Origin: an uncultured Gemmatimonadaceae bacterium
GTDB taxonomy: Bacteria > Gemmatimonadota > Gemmatimonadetes > Gemmatimonadales > Gemmatimonadaceae
Assembly (NCBI GenBank): GCA_963740355.1
Contig: CAVUDW010000003.1
Coordinates: 896,001 to 960,000 of the forward strand
Reading direction: 5' to 3'
DNA length: 64,000 bases
Part shown: positions 1-8,123 of the stretch, piece by piece
Layout: every line of letters starts with the position of its first letter
How positions within the stretch are numbered: position 1 is the first letter of the stretch
Made by a program: the position numbers and the translations under genes
The notes under the pieces: generated by a model
The model's database searches: none
Told to the model about the DNA's origin: nothing
The model's input: only the letters and a program-made list of their open reading frames with translations

Positions 1-216
1 CTGGTACTTATCGAGATCGGCCTGGCGTGACTCGTACTCGGTCAATTCCTGCTCGACCTCATCCTTTGCCTTGCCATACCGCTTCTGGATCGCACCGATG
101 AGCTGGTCACGCTTGCCCGCGATGACATCCATGTCGTCGTCGGTCAGCTTGCCCCACTGCTCGCGCAGCTTGCCCTTGGCGTCCTTCCAATTCCCTTCGA
201 TGGTATCCCAGTTCAA
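1..216 (-). CDS. csbD: CsbD family general stress protein (3' end runs off the window)
   Basis: Not in the ORF track. Manual translation from TTG at 216: MNWDTIEGNWKDAKGKLREQWGKLTDDDMDVIAGKRDQLIGAIQKRYG, a classic CsbD/YjbJ signature. AGGAG RBS upstream. Confidence 0.93.
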   Translation of the reverse strand, partial: MNWDTIEGNWKDAKGKLREQWGKLTDDDMDVIAGKRDQLIGAIQKRYGKAKDEVEQELTEYESRQADLDKYQ

Positions 217-243
217 GGAGACTCCTTGCAAGGGGTAAAAATC

Positions 244-343
244 AAAAAAGCGCGACAGAGCACCCCAGCACGGGGACTCGATCACGCCTTCGACTGACTG
301 GGCCTCAGCCCGATCCGTCAAGGATCCCTGAACGATCTCAGGG
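244..343 (-). ncRNA. Putative attenuator RNA element, copy A (csbD leader)
   Basis: Minus strand: hairpin CCCTGA/TCAGGG, then CCTTGACG-[GATCGGGC TGAG GCCCAGTC]-AGTCGAAGGCGTGA...TCGCGC-TTTTTT. Ends about 27 nt before the csbD start. Confidence 0.7.
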
Positions 344-368
344 TATGTCGTGCAACAGCTTCTATACG

Positions 369-384
369 TGCAAGATGCGTGCTC
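369..384 (-). promoter_or_regulatory. sigma54-like -24/-12 motif (AG in place of GG at -24)
   Basis: GAGCAC-GCATC-TTGCA versus consensus TGGCAC-N5-TTGCW, located just upstream of RNA copy A. Confidence 0.4.
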
Positions 385-420
385 GCGCCTCGCGTAGGAG
401 TCGCGCGCAAAGAACCGAAC

Positions 421-1140
421 TCAGTTGTATTGCAACAGCAACTCCAGACGCTGACGCAGCTCCGCCAGTTGCTTCGACTTGAAGGCGTGCTTCGTCTCCT
501 CGAGCACCTCGACCGTGTGCTGAATCGCGGCAGTCAGCTGCGAACCACGCGGGCAGTTCATGATCTGGCAGGCGTGCGCATCCACTGGTGTACCAGCCAG
601 CGCACGTCCCAACTGCTCGAGATCAGTAAGCGATCCCATCACATTGCGGAGCGCGAGCGACAGGAAGGTGTCAGCACTTGGTGCACCGGGGCCACGCTGT
701 GTGGCAAGCTGGTCGTACCGCTGCCGCATGTCGTTCAGCCGCAACTCCGCATCCTGCATCGAACGGAACGACCGGAAGCGCGTGACGGCTGCGTTGACAC
801 GCTCCGCCAGCTCGGAGTACTGCACCGGCTTGGTCAGGTACGCCGCCACCGGCAGCTCGATGCTCGCCACCGCCGACCGAACACTGGGGAAACCGGTGAG
901 GATGATTACCGGCAAGCCGCCACGCACCTGGGCCACCCGTCGCACCAGCGCGAGGTCGCTGTTTCCCGGCATCTCGAGATCGGTGATCAACAGGTCGAAC
1001 TGTTCATCCACGATCAACTCGAGTGCGCGAGAACCGTCGAGCGCCGTCTCGCACTCGTACCCATCGCGACGCAACAGGTCAGCGGTGGATTCGAGGAACG
1101 TCGGCTCGTCATCGGCAATCAGGATCCGGCCCCGCGTCAT
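421..1140 (-). CDS. Response regulator (REC domain plus non-canonical helical C-terminal domain)
   Basis: ILIADDE...DLLITDLEMPG...ILTG...YLTKP receiver motifs; 4-bp overlap with the upstream kinase. Confidence 0.92.
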   Translation of the reverse strand: MTRGRILIADDEPTFLESTADLLRRDGYECETALDGSRALELIVDEQFDLLITDLEMPGNSDLALVRRVAQVRGGLPVIILTGFPSVRSAVASIELPVAAYLTKPVQYSELAERVNAAVTRFRSFRSMQDAELRLNDMRQRYDQLATQRGPGAPSADTFLSLALRNVMGSLTDLEQLGRALAGTPVDAHACQIMNCPRGSQLTAAIQHTVEVLEETKHAFKSKQLAELRQRLELLLQYN

Positions 1141-3713
1141 GCTGTCACTCCAGGAACTGATGTCTCTGCAAGGGGAATCCTTGCGATGAACTCCGCGCCA
1201 CCACCGGCGGCATCGGCCACGTTAATGCTTCCACCGGCTGCATCAAGTGCGCGGCGGACCAGCGACAGCCCCAATCCCATGCCGCCGGTCGAGAGTTGCG
1301 ACGGCTTGGTGGAGACGAATGGGTCGAAAATTTCCTCGCGCAACTCACTTGGCACGCCCGGACCCATGTCGCTCACGCGAAGCACGAAGTCGGGACCGTC
1401 GATCCAGCCCTGCACCGACACCGTCGACCCGCGCGGCGACGCCTCGATGGCGTTCTGCACCAGGTTGTACACACATTGCCGAAGAATCGTGTTCGGCAGG
1501 CGCACGACCGCAGCGATGCCACCCATCTCCACCTCAATGCTAACACCGGTGTTGCGATTCACCTGCTCCAGGAAGGCAACCGCATCGCCCACCACCGTCT
1601 GCACCGGCGCGTTGGAGCTCGACTCGGTCTCCGGACGGTAGGTCTCATACAGCTGGCGCGTGACCTGGCTGATCCGCTCCACCTCACGCTCGATCGCTCC
1701 CACATACTTCACGTGCGGGTGGGTCGCCGGAATCGCATCCTTGATCAACAGGAATGCGCTCTGGATGCCGGCCAGCGGATTGTTGATTTCGTGTGCGATC
1801 CGCGCGGCCAACCGCCCCATGGTGCTCATGGTCTCCGCTTGCCGGAGGGATTCCTCGGCGTGGCGACGATCGGTCACGTCAGCGAACATGCCAAGCAGGC
1901 GCATCGGCGTGCCCTCCGGCGAATAGAGCACCACCCGTCCGCGATCGAGGAAATCGTGCCATCGGCCCGCTGCGCTTTTCACGCGGTACTGCGCGTCGAA
2001 GGCATCCACGCGTCCAGCCAGATGATCCGCGATGCGTGCCTCGACCCCCGGTCGATCCTGCGGATGAATCAGTGCCAGCCAGTCGGACATCCGCCGCAAG
2101 GCGGCACCACTGCCATACCCCAATCGCACCCAGAGCTGCGGTGATCGCGTCACGACACCACTCAACAGGTCCCACTCCCACAATCCGTCCGTCGTCGACT
2201 GCAGCGCGCGATCGAGTGCCGCGCGCTCCTCGCGACGTGCCGTTTCCGACACTGATTGCGCCAGCCGCAGTGCGATCGCCAGCAGCACCGACACCGCGAT
2301 CCCAAGCAGGAGCACGAAATCACTCAAGCTGGAGGGCGTCACGGCTGCGGTGCGCGCCGACGGCCACACGCCGAGTTCCCATTCCGGCCCGCCGCGGATG
2401 ACCGCCTCGCGCACCAGGTGATGCAGACCACCGGCTGCTGCTGCCGGCGCCGACGCGCGAAACCACGCGCCCTGCTTTCCGATCGCCATCTCGAAGCCGA
2501 GCACTGTGTCGGCCAGCACGGTGCCGAGCAGCGTCCTCGAATCGACGAGGGCCACGAATATAGCGCTGCAGTCGGTGGCAACGCATCGCGGAATCACCAT
2601 CAGCGCACGGGAAGGATCACCGTGCAATGGGATGAATCGTGCCTTGCCCGTGATGTCCGCCCGAATCTGCGGCGCGAGCGGTCGGACAGTGACGTCGATC
2701 GTGTCGAGCATTCCTCCGCGCGCGCCGTTGTTGGCCGCCAACCGCTGGCCTTCACGATCCGTCCACACCATCGCCTCGAGCCCGCCGATGTCATCCACGA
2801 TCTGCGCCGACACAGCGCTCCATCGCGCGTCGGGCGCCTGGCTGTAGCGCGCCTGTCGTTGCAGGCTACGCTGCGCGACCATCAGCTGGCGGATCACCGC
2901 CGAGCGTGTGGCTCGTGCGGCGACTCGCGTCTGCTGGCTGAGGAGTCGGTCCTCGCTCAGCAAAAGGGCGCGCCAAAGCAGGAGGACTGTGACGAGTGAC
3001 CCCGCCCCAACCGAGAGTGGAAGCCATGCAGGCGGCGGCGAGAAGCCCGCTTCCTTGGTCCAGACGAGCGCATTGAAATGTGTCGCGAAGACGATCGCGC
3101 AGACCGTCGACTGCAGCGACGACCCAAGCAACGGCCCGTACTCCAAGCCATCCAGGAAACCCATCAGCTGACCGACGATCACTGTCGTGGCGAGGAGCAT
3201 GACGATCCCCCCAGAGGCCGACAGAATGATCGACGACCAGAGTCCCCGGCGACGCGACACGATCGCGAGCAGACCAACACCCCCAAGGGTCACGAAGACC
3301 GCGCTCGATAACGCTACCTGCCCAGGCATTTCGCCGTGCCAGTTCGCGTGCGCGGGCGACGGAATCTGCGCCAGGGCCGTCCACAACCAGTCGATCCCCT
3401 GCGCGTGCTGGAGGGCAATCGTCCCCAGCACGATCGCGATCACTCCGCAGACCTGTGCGATCCGCTGCCGCGAAGGGAACGGTGACGCATACAGGCCGGC
3501 TCCAACGAACAGCAGCCCGAGTGCCGGCATCACGCGCAACGGCGGGAAGGCGTCGAAGGGCTGCATCAACCACGCGACGTCCAGCACCCAGCCAAGCAGC
3601 GCCACGGCGGCCGTCGCGATCAGTAGCAACGCCACCGACCGCGACGCACTCGCCGTCACGAAGGCTCGCATCACTACGAGCACCTTCGGACGATACGAGG
3701 TGGCGCGTGCCAC
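1137..3713 (-). CDS. Membrane-bound PAS-domain sensor histidine kinase
   Basis: Multiple N-terminal TM helices; PAS/PAC (GLWEWD...IHPQDR); H-box AHEINNPL; N-box NLVQNAIEA; G boxes DMGPG and GMGLGL. Confidence 0.93.
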   Translation of the reverse strand: MARATSYRPKVLVVMRAFVTASASRSVALLLIATAAVALLGWVLDVAWLMQPFDAFPPLRVMPALGLLFVGAGLYASPFPSRQRIAQVCGVIAIVLGTIALQHAQGIDWLWTALAQIPSPAHANWHGEMPGQVALSSAVFVTLGGVGLLAIVSRRRGLWSSIILSASGGIVMLLATTVIVGQLMGFLDGLEYGPLLGSSLQSTVCAIVFATHFNALVWTKEAGFSPPPAWLPLSVGAGSLVTVLLLWRALLLSEDRLLSQQTRVAARATRSAVIRQLMVAQRSLQRQARYSQAPDARWSAVSAQIVDDIGGLEAMVWTDREGQRLAANNGARGGMLDTIDVTVRPLAPQIRADITGKARFIPLHGDPSRALMVIPRCVATDCSAIFVALVDSRTLLGTVLADTVLGFEMAIGKQGAWFRASAPAAAAGGLHHLVREAVIRGGPEWELGVWPSARTAAVTPSSLSDFVLLLGIAVSVLLAIALRLAQSVSETARREERAALDRALQSTTDGLWEWDLLSGVVTRSPQLWVRLGYGSGAALRRMSDWLALIHPQDRPGVEARIADHLAGRVDAFDAQYRVKSAAGRWHDFLDRGRVVLYSPEGTPMRLLGMFADVTDRRHAEESLRQAETMSTMGRLAARIAHEINNPLAGIQSAFLLIKDAIPATHPHVKYVGAIEREVERISQVTRQLYETYRPETESSSNAPVQTVVGDAVAFLEQVNRNTGVSIEVEMGGIAAVVRLPNTILRQCVYNLVQNAIEASPRGSTVSVQGWIDGPDFVLRVSDMGPGVPSELREEIFDPFVSTKPSQLSTGGMGLGLSLVRRALDAAGGSINVADAAGGGAEFIARIPLAETSVPGVTA

Positions 3714-3787
3714 GATCTCCCGGACGGTTGGACGGTTCAGCGATGCTCCCGGTATCTACGACAAGGACAGCGCGCGGGCCCTGCGGG

Positions 3788-4282
3788 CTACGCCACTGCA
3801 TCAGACCACTCGGCAAGAGGAGCGGACGACACTGCGCCGAACTGCAATGCCCGTGACCCGATCCGCGCCAGCGACTCCTCCAGCACATGCACCGATCGCT
3901 CGACATGTGCCTGACGTGCGAAGCGGAGCGCAAAGCTGCACGATCCCATCAGGAACACCTGCGCCTGCTGCAGCACGCGGATGATCTCCTGATCACGCGC
4001 CACCGACGCGGCACGGTCGCGCAAGGCCGTCAGGGACCGGAACAGCGTGCGAGTGAGATCGCCATCGGTCCGATCACGCCGAACGAGCACGTCACCAAGA
4101 ATACCATCCAGGTGCGCCAGATGTTCGGCGATTGCGGCCTCGAACCCAGCCACGATCTCAGCGCGCTGCTTGGACACCAGCAAACTCCGGAACACCGGCA
4201 GCGTCACGAACAGCGAAATGCTGCCATCATGCAGCTCCGCGAGCTCCTCGGCGAACTGCCCATTTACTGTTGCATCAGCCAT
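3788..4282 (-). CDS. Divergent DUF892/YciF-like ferritin-fold protein
   Basis: Aligns by eye with the YciF at 7138 (LAELH/LKDLY, EHLAHLDGILG/QHVARLDEIFG, RDQEII/RDAGII, LEESL/LEQTL). GGAG RBS. Confidence 0.65.
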   Translation of the reverse strand: MADATVNGQFAEELAELHDGSISLFVTLPVFRSLLVSKQRAEIVAGFEAAIAEHLAHLDGILGDVLVRRDRTDGDLTRTLFRSLTALRDRAASVARDQEIIRVLQQAQVFLMGSCSFALRFARQAHVERSVHVLEESLARIGSRALQFGAVSSAPLAEWSDAVA

Positions 4283-4327
4283 GGCTGCTCCACGTCGGCC
4301 CAGGCACGCAGAACGCCCTTGGCCGTG

Positions 4328-4408
4328 AAAATGAAAAGCGCGCGCGACTCCATTGCGATGGAATCGCCCGCGCCTTCAACTGACGAGCCCAAGTCTCGTC
4401 CGCCAAGT
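4328..4408 (-). ncRNA. Putative attenuator RNA element, copy B (leader of the DUF892-like/kinase/regulator genes)
   Basis: ACTTGGCG-[GACGAG ACTTGGG CTCGTC]-AGTTGAAGGCGCG...CGCGC-TTTTCATTTT; ends about 45 nt before the 4282 start. Confidence 0.65.
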
Positions 4409-4536
4409 GTACCCGCTCAGAATTCTTCCGGCAGGTCAGAAAACAAGTAATAGGGCGCGATTCCGCGGCGCAAGCAGCCAAGTCCTTCCGGACTCGCCTC
4501 TCGCGCCCTGCGCAACAATCCCGGCGAAATATCAGG

Positions 4537-4656
4537 TCACCGCGTCACCGGCGTCGCCGTCCGCGACTCGGCATCGCGACCGCGGTTCGAGCATGCGTAT
4601 GCCAGCATCGCGACCAGGACCAGGCCAGCCGCAGGGAGCATCATGCGTGTCTTCAT
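4537..4656 (-). CDS. Small 39-aa lipoprotein (below the ORF-track cutoff)
   Basis: MKTRMMLPAAGLVLVAMLAYACSNRGRDAESRTATPVTR*: basic N-terminus, hydrophobic core, lipobox-like AYA|C. GGAGG RBS. Directly follows RNA copy C. Confidence 0.65.
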   Translation of the reverse strand: MKTRMMLPAAGLVLVAMLAYACSNRGRDAESRTATPVTR

Positions 4657-4683
4657 GGGAAATCAGCCTCCAGATTCGCGCAC

Positions 4684-4788
4684 AAAAAAGGCGACGACTG
4701 ACCTGACGGTCAGGAATCGCCTCCAACTCGCGGATCGCCTTCTCCGCGCGAAAAGGTCATGCCAACGCCCGCGTGCACCACGCAGACA
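4684..4788 (-). ncRNA. Putative attenuator RNA element, copy C (small lipoprotein leader)
   Basis: Hairpin TGTCTGCGTG/CACGCGGGCG, then CCTTTTCG-[CGCGGA GAAGGCGA TCCGCG]-AGTTGGAGGCGA...TCGCC-TTTTTT. Confidence 0.7.
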
Positions 4789-4799
4789 CATCAGGATTT

Positions 4800-4815
4800 T
4801 GCATCAACCATGCCA
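4800..4815 (-). promoter_or_regulatory. sigma54 -24/-12 promoter motif
   Basis: TGGCAT-GGTTG-ATGCA (GG-N10-GC), about 12 nt upstream of the first hairpin of RNA copy C. Confidence 0.6.
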
Positions 4816-4831
4816 ACGGTCACCACCTGTC

Positions 4832-4847
4832 CGGCGCGCTTCGTGCA
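4832..4847 (+). promoter_or_regulatory. sigma54-like -24/-12 motif, divergent partner
   Basis: CGGCGC-GCTTC-GTGCA (GG-N10-GC), about 90 nt upstream of the 4939 start. Confidence 0.4.
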
Positions 4848-4938
4848 CCGGCATCATACGTCGCGCGATGTGTCACGACGCGCGCATATCGTCGCAGTGT
4901 CGAAGTCAGCGCAGAAGAATCTTTCGAGTGAGGTAGAT

Positions 4939-5487
4939 ATGTCAGACAACAACGCCACCGCCGTTAACGCACAGCATGATCCGCAGGATGATGCACAGCT
5001 TCGCCTGCGCGAACTGATCAGCGGAATGCGAATCGCGATGGCAACCACCATTGCCGCCGACGGCGAGTTGCACAGCCGACCGATGTATGCGCAGGACGCC
5101 ACCGCCGATGGCGACCTCTGGTTCGCCACATCGCGCTCGTCCTCGATGGTGAAGGAGTTGCGCAACCGCTCGACGATCCATGTCACCTTTTCCGACACCG
5201 ACAAGCAGCGATACGTCGTGCTTCGCGGCGAGGGATTCGTCCGTCACGATGCAGCCAAGATCGAGGAGCTGTGGAATCCGGCCATGAAGGCGTGGTTCCC
5301 CGGCGGCCCATCGGACCCGGACCTCACCCTTGTGCGTGTCGAGGCGATGAGTGCCGAGTACTGGGATTCACCCAGCGCGCCGGTACGCTGGCTTCAGTTC
5401 GTGAAGGCCCTGGCGACCGGTAGCCGGCCACAAGGTGGCGGCCATGTCACGCTCGACACGATCGACTCTGGGCTCGCCGGCAAGTGA
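4939..5487 (+). CDS. General stress protein, pyridoxamine 5'-phosphate oxidase-like family
   Basis: GELHSRPM, DLWFAT, IEELWNPAMKAWFPGGPSDPDL, AEYWD motifs; GAGG RBS before ATG 4939. Confidence 0.9.
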   Translation: MSDNNATAVNAQHDPQDDAQLRLRELISGMRIAMATTIAADGELHSRPMYAQDATADGDLWFATSRSSSMVKELRNRSTIHVTFSDTDKQRYVVLRGEGFVRHDAAKIEELWNPAMKAWFPGGPSDPDLTLVRVEAMSAEYWDSPSAPVRWLQFVKALATGSRPQGGGHVTLDTIDSGLAGK

Positions 5488-5569
5488 TCGAGCATTCCGA
5501 CGTCCGCGTCGCAATCGAGCGCGCGGCCGCGCACCAATTCCAGCAAGGCACAACATCGTGAAAGCTCCA

Positions 5570-6769
5570 ATGAACCTGCATTCGGGAACGCCGTTCTGGC
5601 TGGTCAAGAATGGCGTGTGCCCAAGCCGCACCGCGCTCAACGCGTCCGAGACATGCGATGTGGCGATCATCGGTGCCGGTATCACCGGAGCGCTCCTCGC
5701 CGACTCGCTGACGCGGGCGGGCCTCGACGTCGTCGTGCTCGACCGACGTGAATCGGGGGGCGGCAGCACCAGTGCCAGCACCGCACTGCTGCAGTATGAA
5801 ATCGACATCGAGTTGCTGGCCCTCGGTGAGCACATCGGCAAGGATCAGGCATCGCGCGCCTATGTCGCGTCCGCCAAGGCGGTCGAGACCCTCGGCACGC
5901 TGGCCATCGAGCTTGGAGGATGTGACTTCCAGGCGCGATCGAGCCTCTACCTCGCCTCGACGCGAAAGGATGCCGACCGGCTGGAGCAGGAAGCGGTGGC
6001 CCGTGCCGCCATCGGAATTCCAGTGCAGTGGTGGTCGAAGAAGGAGGTGAAGTCGCGCTACGGTTTCGCATCCTTCGGAGCCATCCGCAGCGCACAGGCT
6101 GCCGAGATCGATGCCCTGCAAATGTGCCGGGCGCTGCTGGAGCGCGCCCAGGGACGCGGCGCGCGGTGGTACGAGCAAACCGGTGTGACGGCGTATGAGG
6201 AACGGGGTGCCGGTGTACGCCTGTTCACCGCCAACGGTGAAACGATCAACGCCAAGCTCATCGTCTGCGCCACTGGATACGATGTGCCAGCGTTCCTCAA
6301 GCAGGATCGCTGCACACTCCACAGCACCTACGCCCTGGCGACGCATCGCCTGCCGAGCTTCGGACCGTGGGACGATCGCTGTCTGGTGTGGGAGTCCGCG
6401 CGGCCTTACTGCTACCTCCGCACGACCAGTGACCGCCGCATCATCATCGGCGGCGAGGATGTGCCATTCCGCGACGCCGCATGGCGTGATCGCCTGCTAC
6501 CGGGCAAGACGCAGAAGCTGGAGCAACGGCTGCAGCGCCTGCTCCCCGACCTCGAGACCGAGACGGCATTCGAATGGGCAGGCACCTTTGCGGAGACGAA
6601 AGATGGCCTGCCGTACATCGGTCGCGATGAACGGTACCCCGGCGTGCTCTTCGCACTCGGCTACGGCGGCAATGGAATCACGTTCAGTGCGATCGCGGCC
6701 GACCTGCTCACCGCAGAATGTCGCGGTGAGACATCAGCAGACGCCGATCTCTACAGAATGACACGCTAG
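5570..6769 (+). CDS. FAD-dependent oxidoreductase (DAO/glycine oxidase family)
   Basis: DVAIIGAGITG, GGGSTSASTALLQYEID, WAGTFAETKDGLPYIG, GYGGNGITF. Confidence 0.92.
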   Translation: MNLHSGTPFWLVKNGVCPSRTALNASETCDVAIIGAGITGALLADSLTRAGLDVVVLDRRESGGGSTSASTALLQYEIDIELLALGEHIGKDQASRAYVASAKAVETLGTLAIELGGCDFQARSSLYLASTRKDADRLEQEAVARAAIGIPVQWWSKKEVKSRYGFASFGAIRSAQAAEIDALQMCRALLERAQGRGARWYEQTGVTAYEERGAGVRLFTANGETINAKLIVCATGYDVPAFLKQDRCTLHSTYALATHRLPSFGPWDDRCLVWESARPYCYLRTTSDRRIIIGGEDVPFRDAAWRDRLLPGKTQKLEQRLQRLLPDLETETAFEWAGTFAETKDGLPYIGRDERYPGVLFALGYGGNGITFSAIAADLLTAECRGETSADADLYRMTR

Positions 6770-6783
6770 ATCGCGCAAACGTC

Positions 6784-6799
6784 TGGCGCAGTATTTGCA
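6784..6799 (+). promoter_or_regulatory. sigma54 -24/-12 promoter motif
   Basis: TGGCGC-AGTAT-TTGCA, near consensus; upstream of the yciF leader. Confidence 0.7.
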
Positions 6800-6919
6800 C
6801 TCTCCTCGATACCAACAGTGACAGACACGACGCCGACCTGATATACCGCGCGTCGTTGAAACACGAGACCGAAGCAGGTCTCACCATTGACGACAGATCC
6901 GGTTCCGCCGCGTCTGTTT

Positions 6920-6995
6920 CCTTGTCGCTCGAGTCGAAGGCTCGAGAGATGAAGGCGCGAACGGTGCCCCGGTGCCGACTCGCGCCTTCTTGTTT
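6920..6995 (+). ncRNA. Putative attenuator RNA element, copy D (yciF leader)
   Basis: CCTTGTCG-[CTCGAGTC GAAG GCTCGAG]-AGATGAAGGCGCGA...TCGCGCCTTC-TTGTTT. Confidence 0.7.
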
Positions 6996-7137
6996 CCGGG
7001 CATCGAGCCCGGCAATTCGGACGCGGATGCACATGGTATCCCGTCCGTACACCACGCACCTCGTCGGTACCTCGGTACGCGACGCGATGCGCAGAGTCTG
7101 CGCCTGCGAAGGCGGCGCAGCATGGAGGATCGACACG

Positions 7138-7710
7138 ATGGCGCTCGCAACGATGCACGACCTGATGATTGCTGAATTGAAGGATCTCTACAGCGCCGAA
7201 ACGCAGTTGGTGAAGGCGCTGCCGAAGATGGCCAAGGGCGCCAACACGCCCAGCCTCCGCAAGGCCTTCGAGGATCATCTCGAGCAAACGCAGCAGCACG
7301 TGGCACGACTCGACGAAATCTTCGGCATTCTCGGCTCCAGCCCGCGTGGAACCAAGTGCAAGGGCATGGAGGGGTTGCTCGAGGAAGGCAGCGAGATGCT
7401 CGAGGAAGAGGGCGACGACACGGTGCGTGATGCCGGGATCATCGCAGCCGCACAACGCGTCGAGCACTACGAGATCGCGGCCTACGGGAGCACCCTCGCC
7501 TTCGCGACTCTGATGGGCCATTCCGAAATCGCCGAACTGCTCGAGCAGACGCTCGAGGAGGAGAAGGCGGCCGATGTACTCCTCAGCTCGATCGCCGAGG
7601 AGGAGGTGAACATCGCCGCACCTGGCATGGAGGCCGTCGATGATGACGCCGACGTTGACGAGTCTGACGTGAAGACGAAGGCTCGCGCGACGACGCGCAA
7701 GACGCGCTGA
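7138..7710 (+). CDS. yciF: Ferritin-like DUF892 (YciE/YciF) stress protein
   Basis: LKDLYSAETQLVKALPKMA, HLEQT, KCKGMEGL, AAAQRVEHYEIAAYG, LEEEK; GGAGG RBS. Confidence 0.93.
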   Translation: MALATMHDLMIAELKDLYSAETQLVKALPKMAKGANTPSLRKAFEDHLEQTQQHVARLDEIFGILGSSPRGTKCKGMEGLLEEGSEMLEEEGDDTVRDAGIIAAAQRVEHYEIAAYGSTLAFATLMGHSEIAELLEQTLEEEKAADVLLSSIAEEEVNIAAPGMEAVDDDADVDESDVKTKARATTRKTR

Positions 7711-7729
7711 TCACACTGCCCTCCAACCA

Positions 7730-7765
7730 CGCGTGGCGCCGGCTCAGATTGGCCGGCGCCACGCG
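7730..7765. terminator. 14-bp GC hairpin downstream of yciF
   Basis: CGCGTGGCGCCGGC-N8-GCCGGCGCCACGCG; no U tract. Confidence 0.5.
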
Positions 7766-8029
7766 ATGCGCCCGCGCGCCGTCGCGACACTCACATCGCA
7801 GCTGACAGGTTGCCGCTGACGTCGATTCCGCAATCGCTGAGGCGGAAACGCTACGTGGGGCAGTACCGGGTAATCCCGATGCTGCCCCACCATTGCGTGT
7901 CCGCGCAAGGATATATGAACATCAGCTTTCACGAGGAACTCGTTCGCTCCCCGGAGCGCGCCGGCGCTGCCACCTCGACATCACGTGCTACGACATTTCG
8001 TCAGGGCTCGGATTTCCGGACCCAAAACG

Positions 8030-8123
8030 AAAAAAGACATGAACCGTGGCCAGGAGCCGTGGTTCATGCCTTCGACTGACGAGGTCTGATCCTCGTCCGA
8101 CAAGGCGCCTCATACAGCGAGGC
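8030..8123 (-). ncRNA. Putative RNA element, copy E (no clear downstream CDS)
   Basis: Hairpin GCCTC/GAGGC, then CCTTGTCG-[GACGAGG ATCAGA CCTCGTC]-AGTCGAAGGCATGAACC...GGTTCATGTC-TTTTTT. Confidence 0.7.

Noticed and set aside
379..1641. Long antisense ORFs (e.g. 379..1641, 26614..28164, 57405..58925, 60104..62026)
   Set aside because: Shadow frames of well-supported genes in GC-rich DNA; Arg/His-rich and without recognisable motifs.
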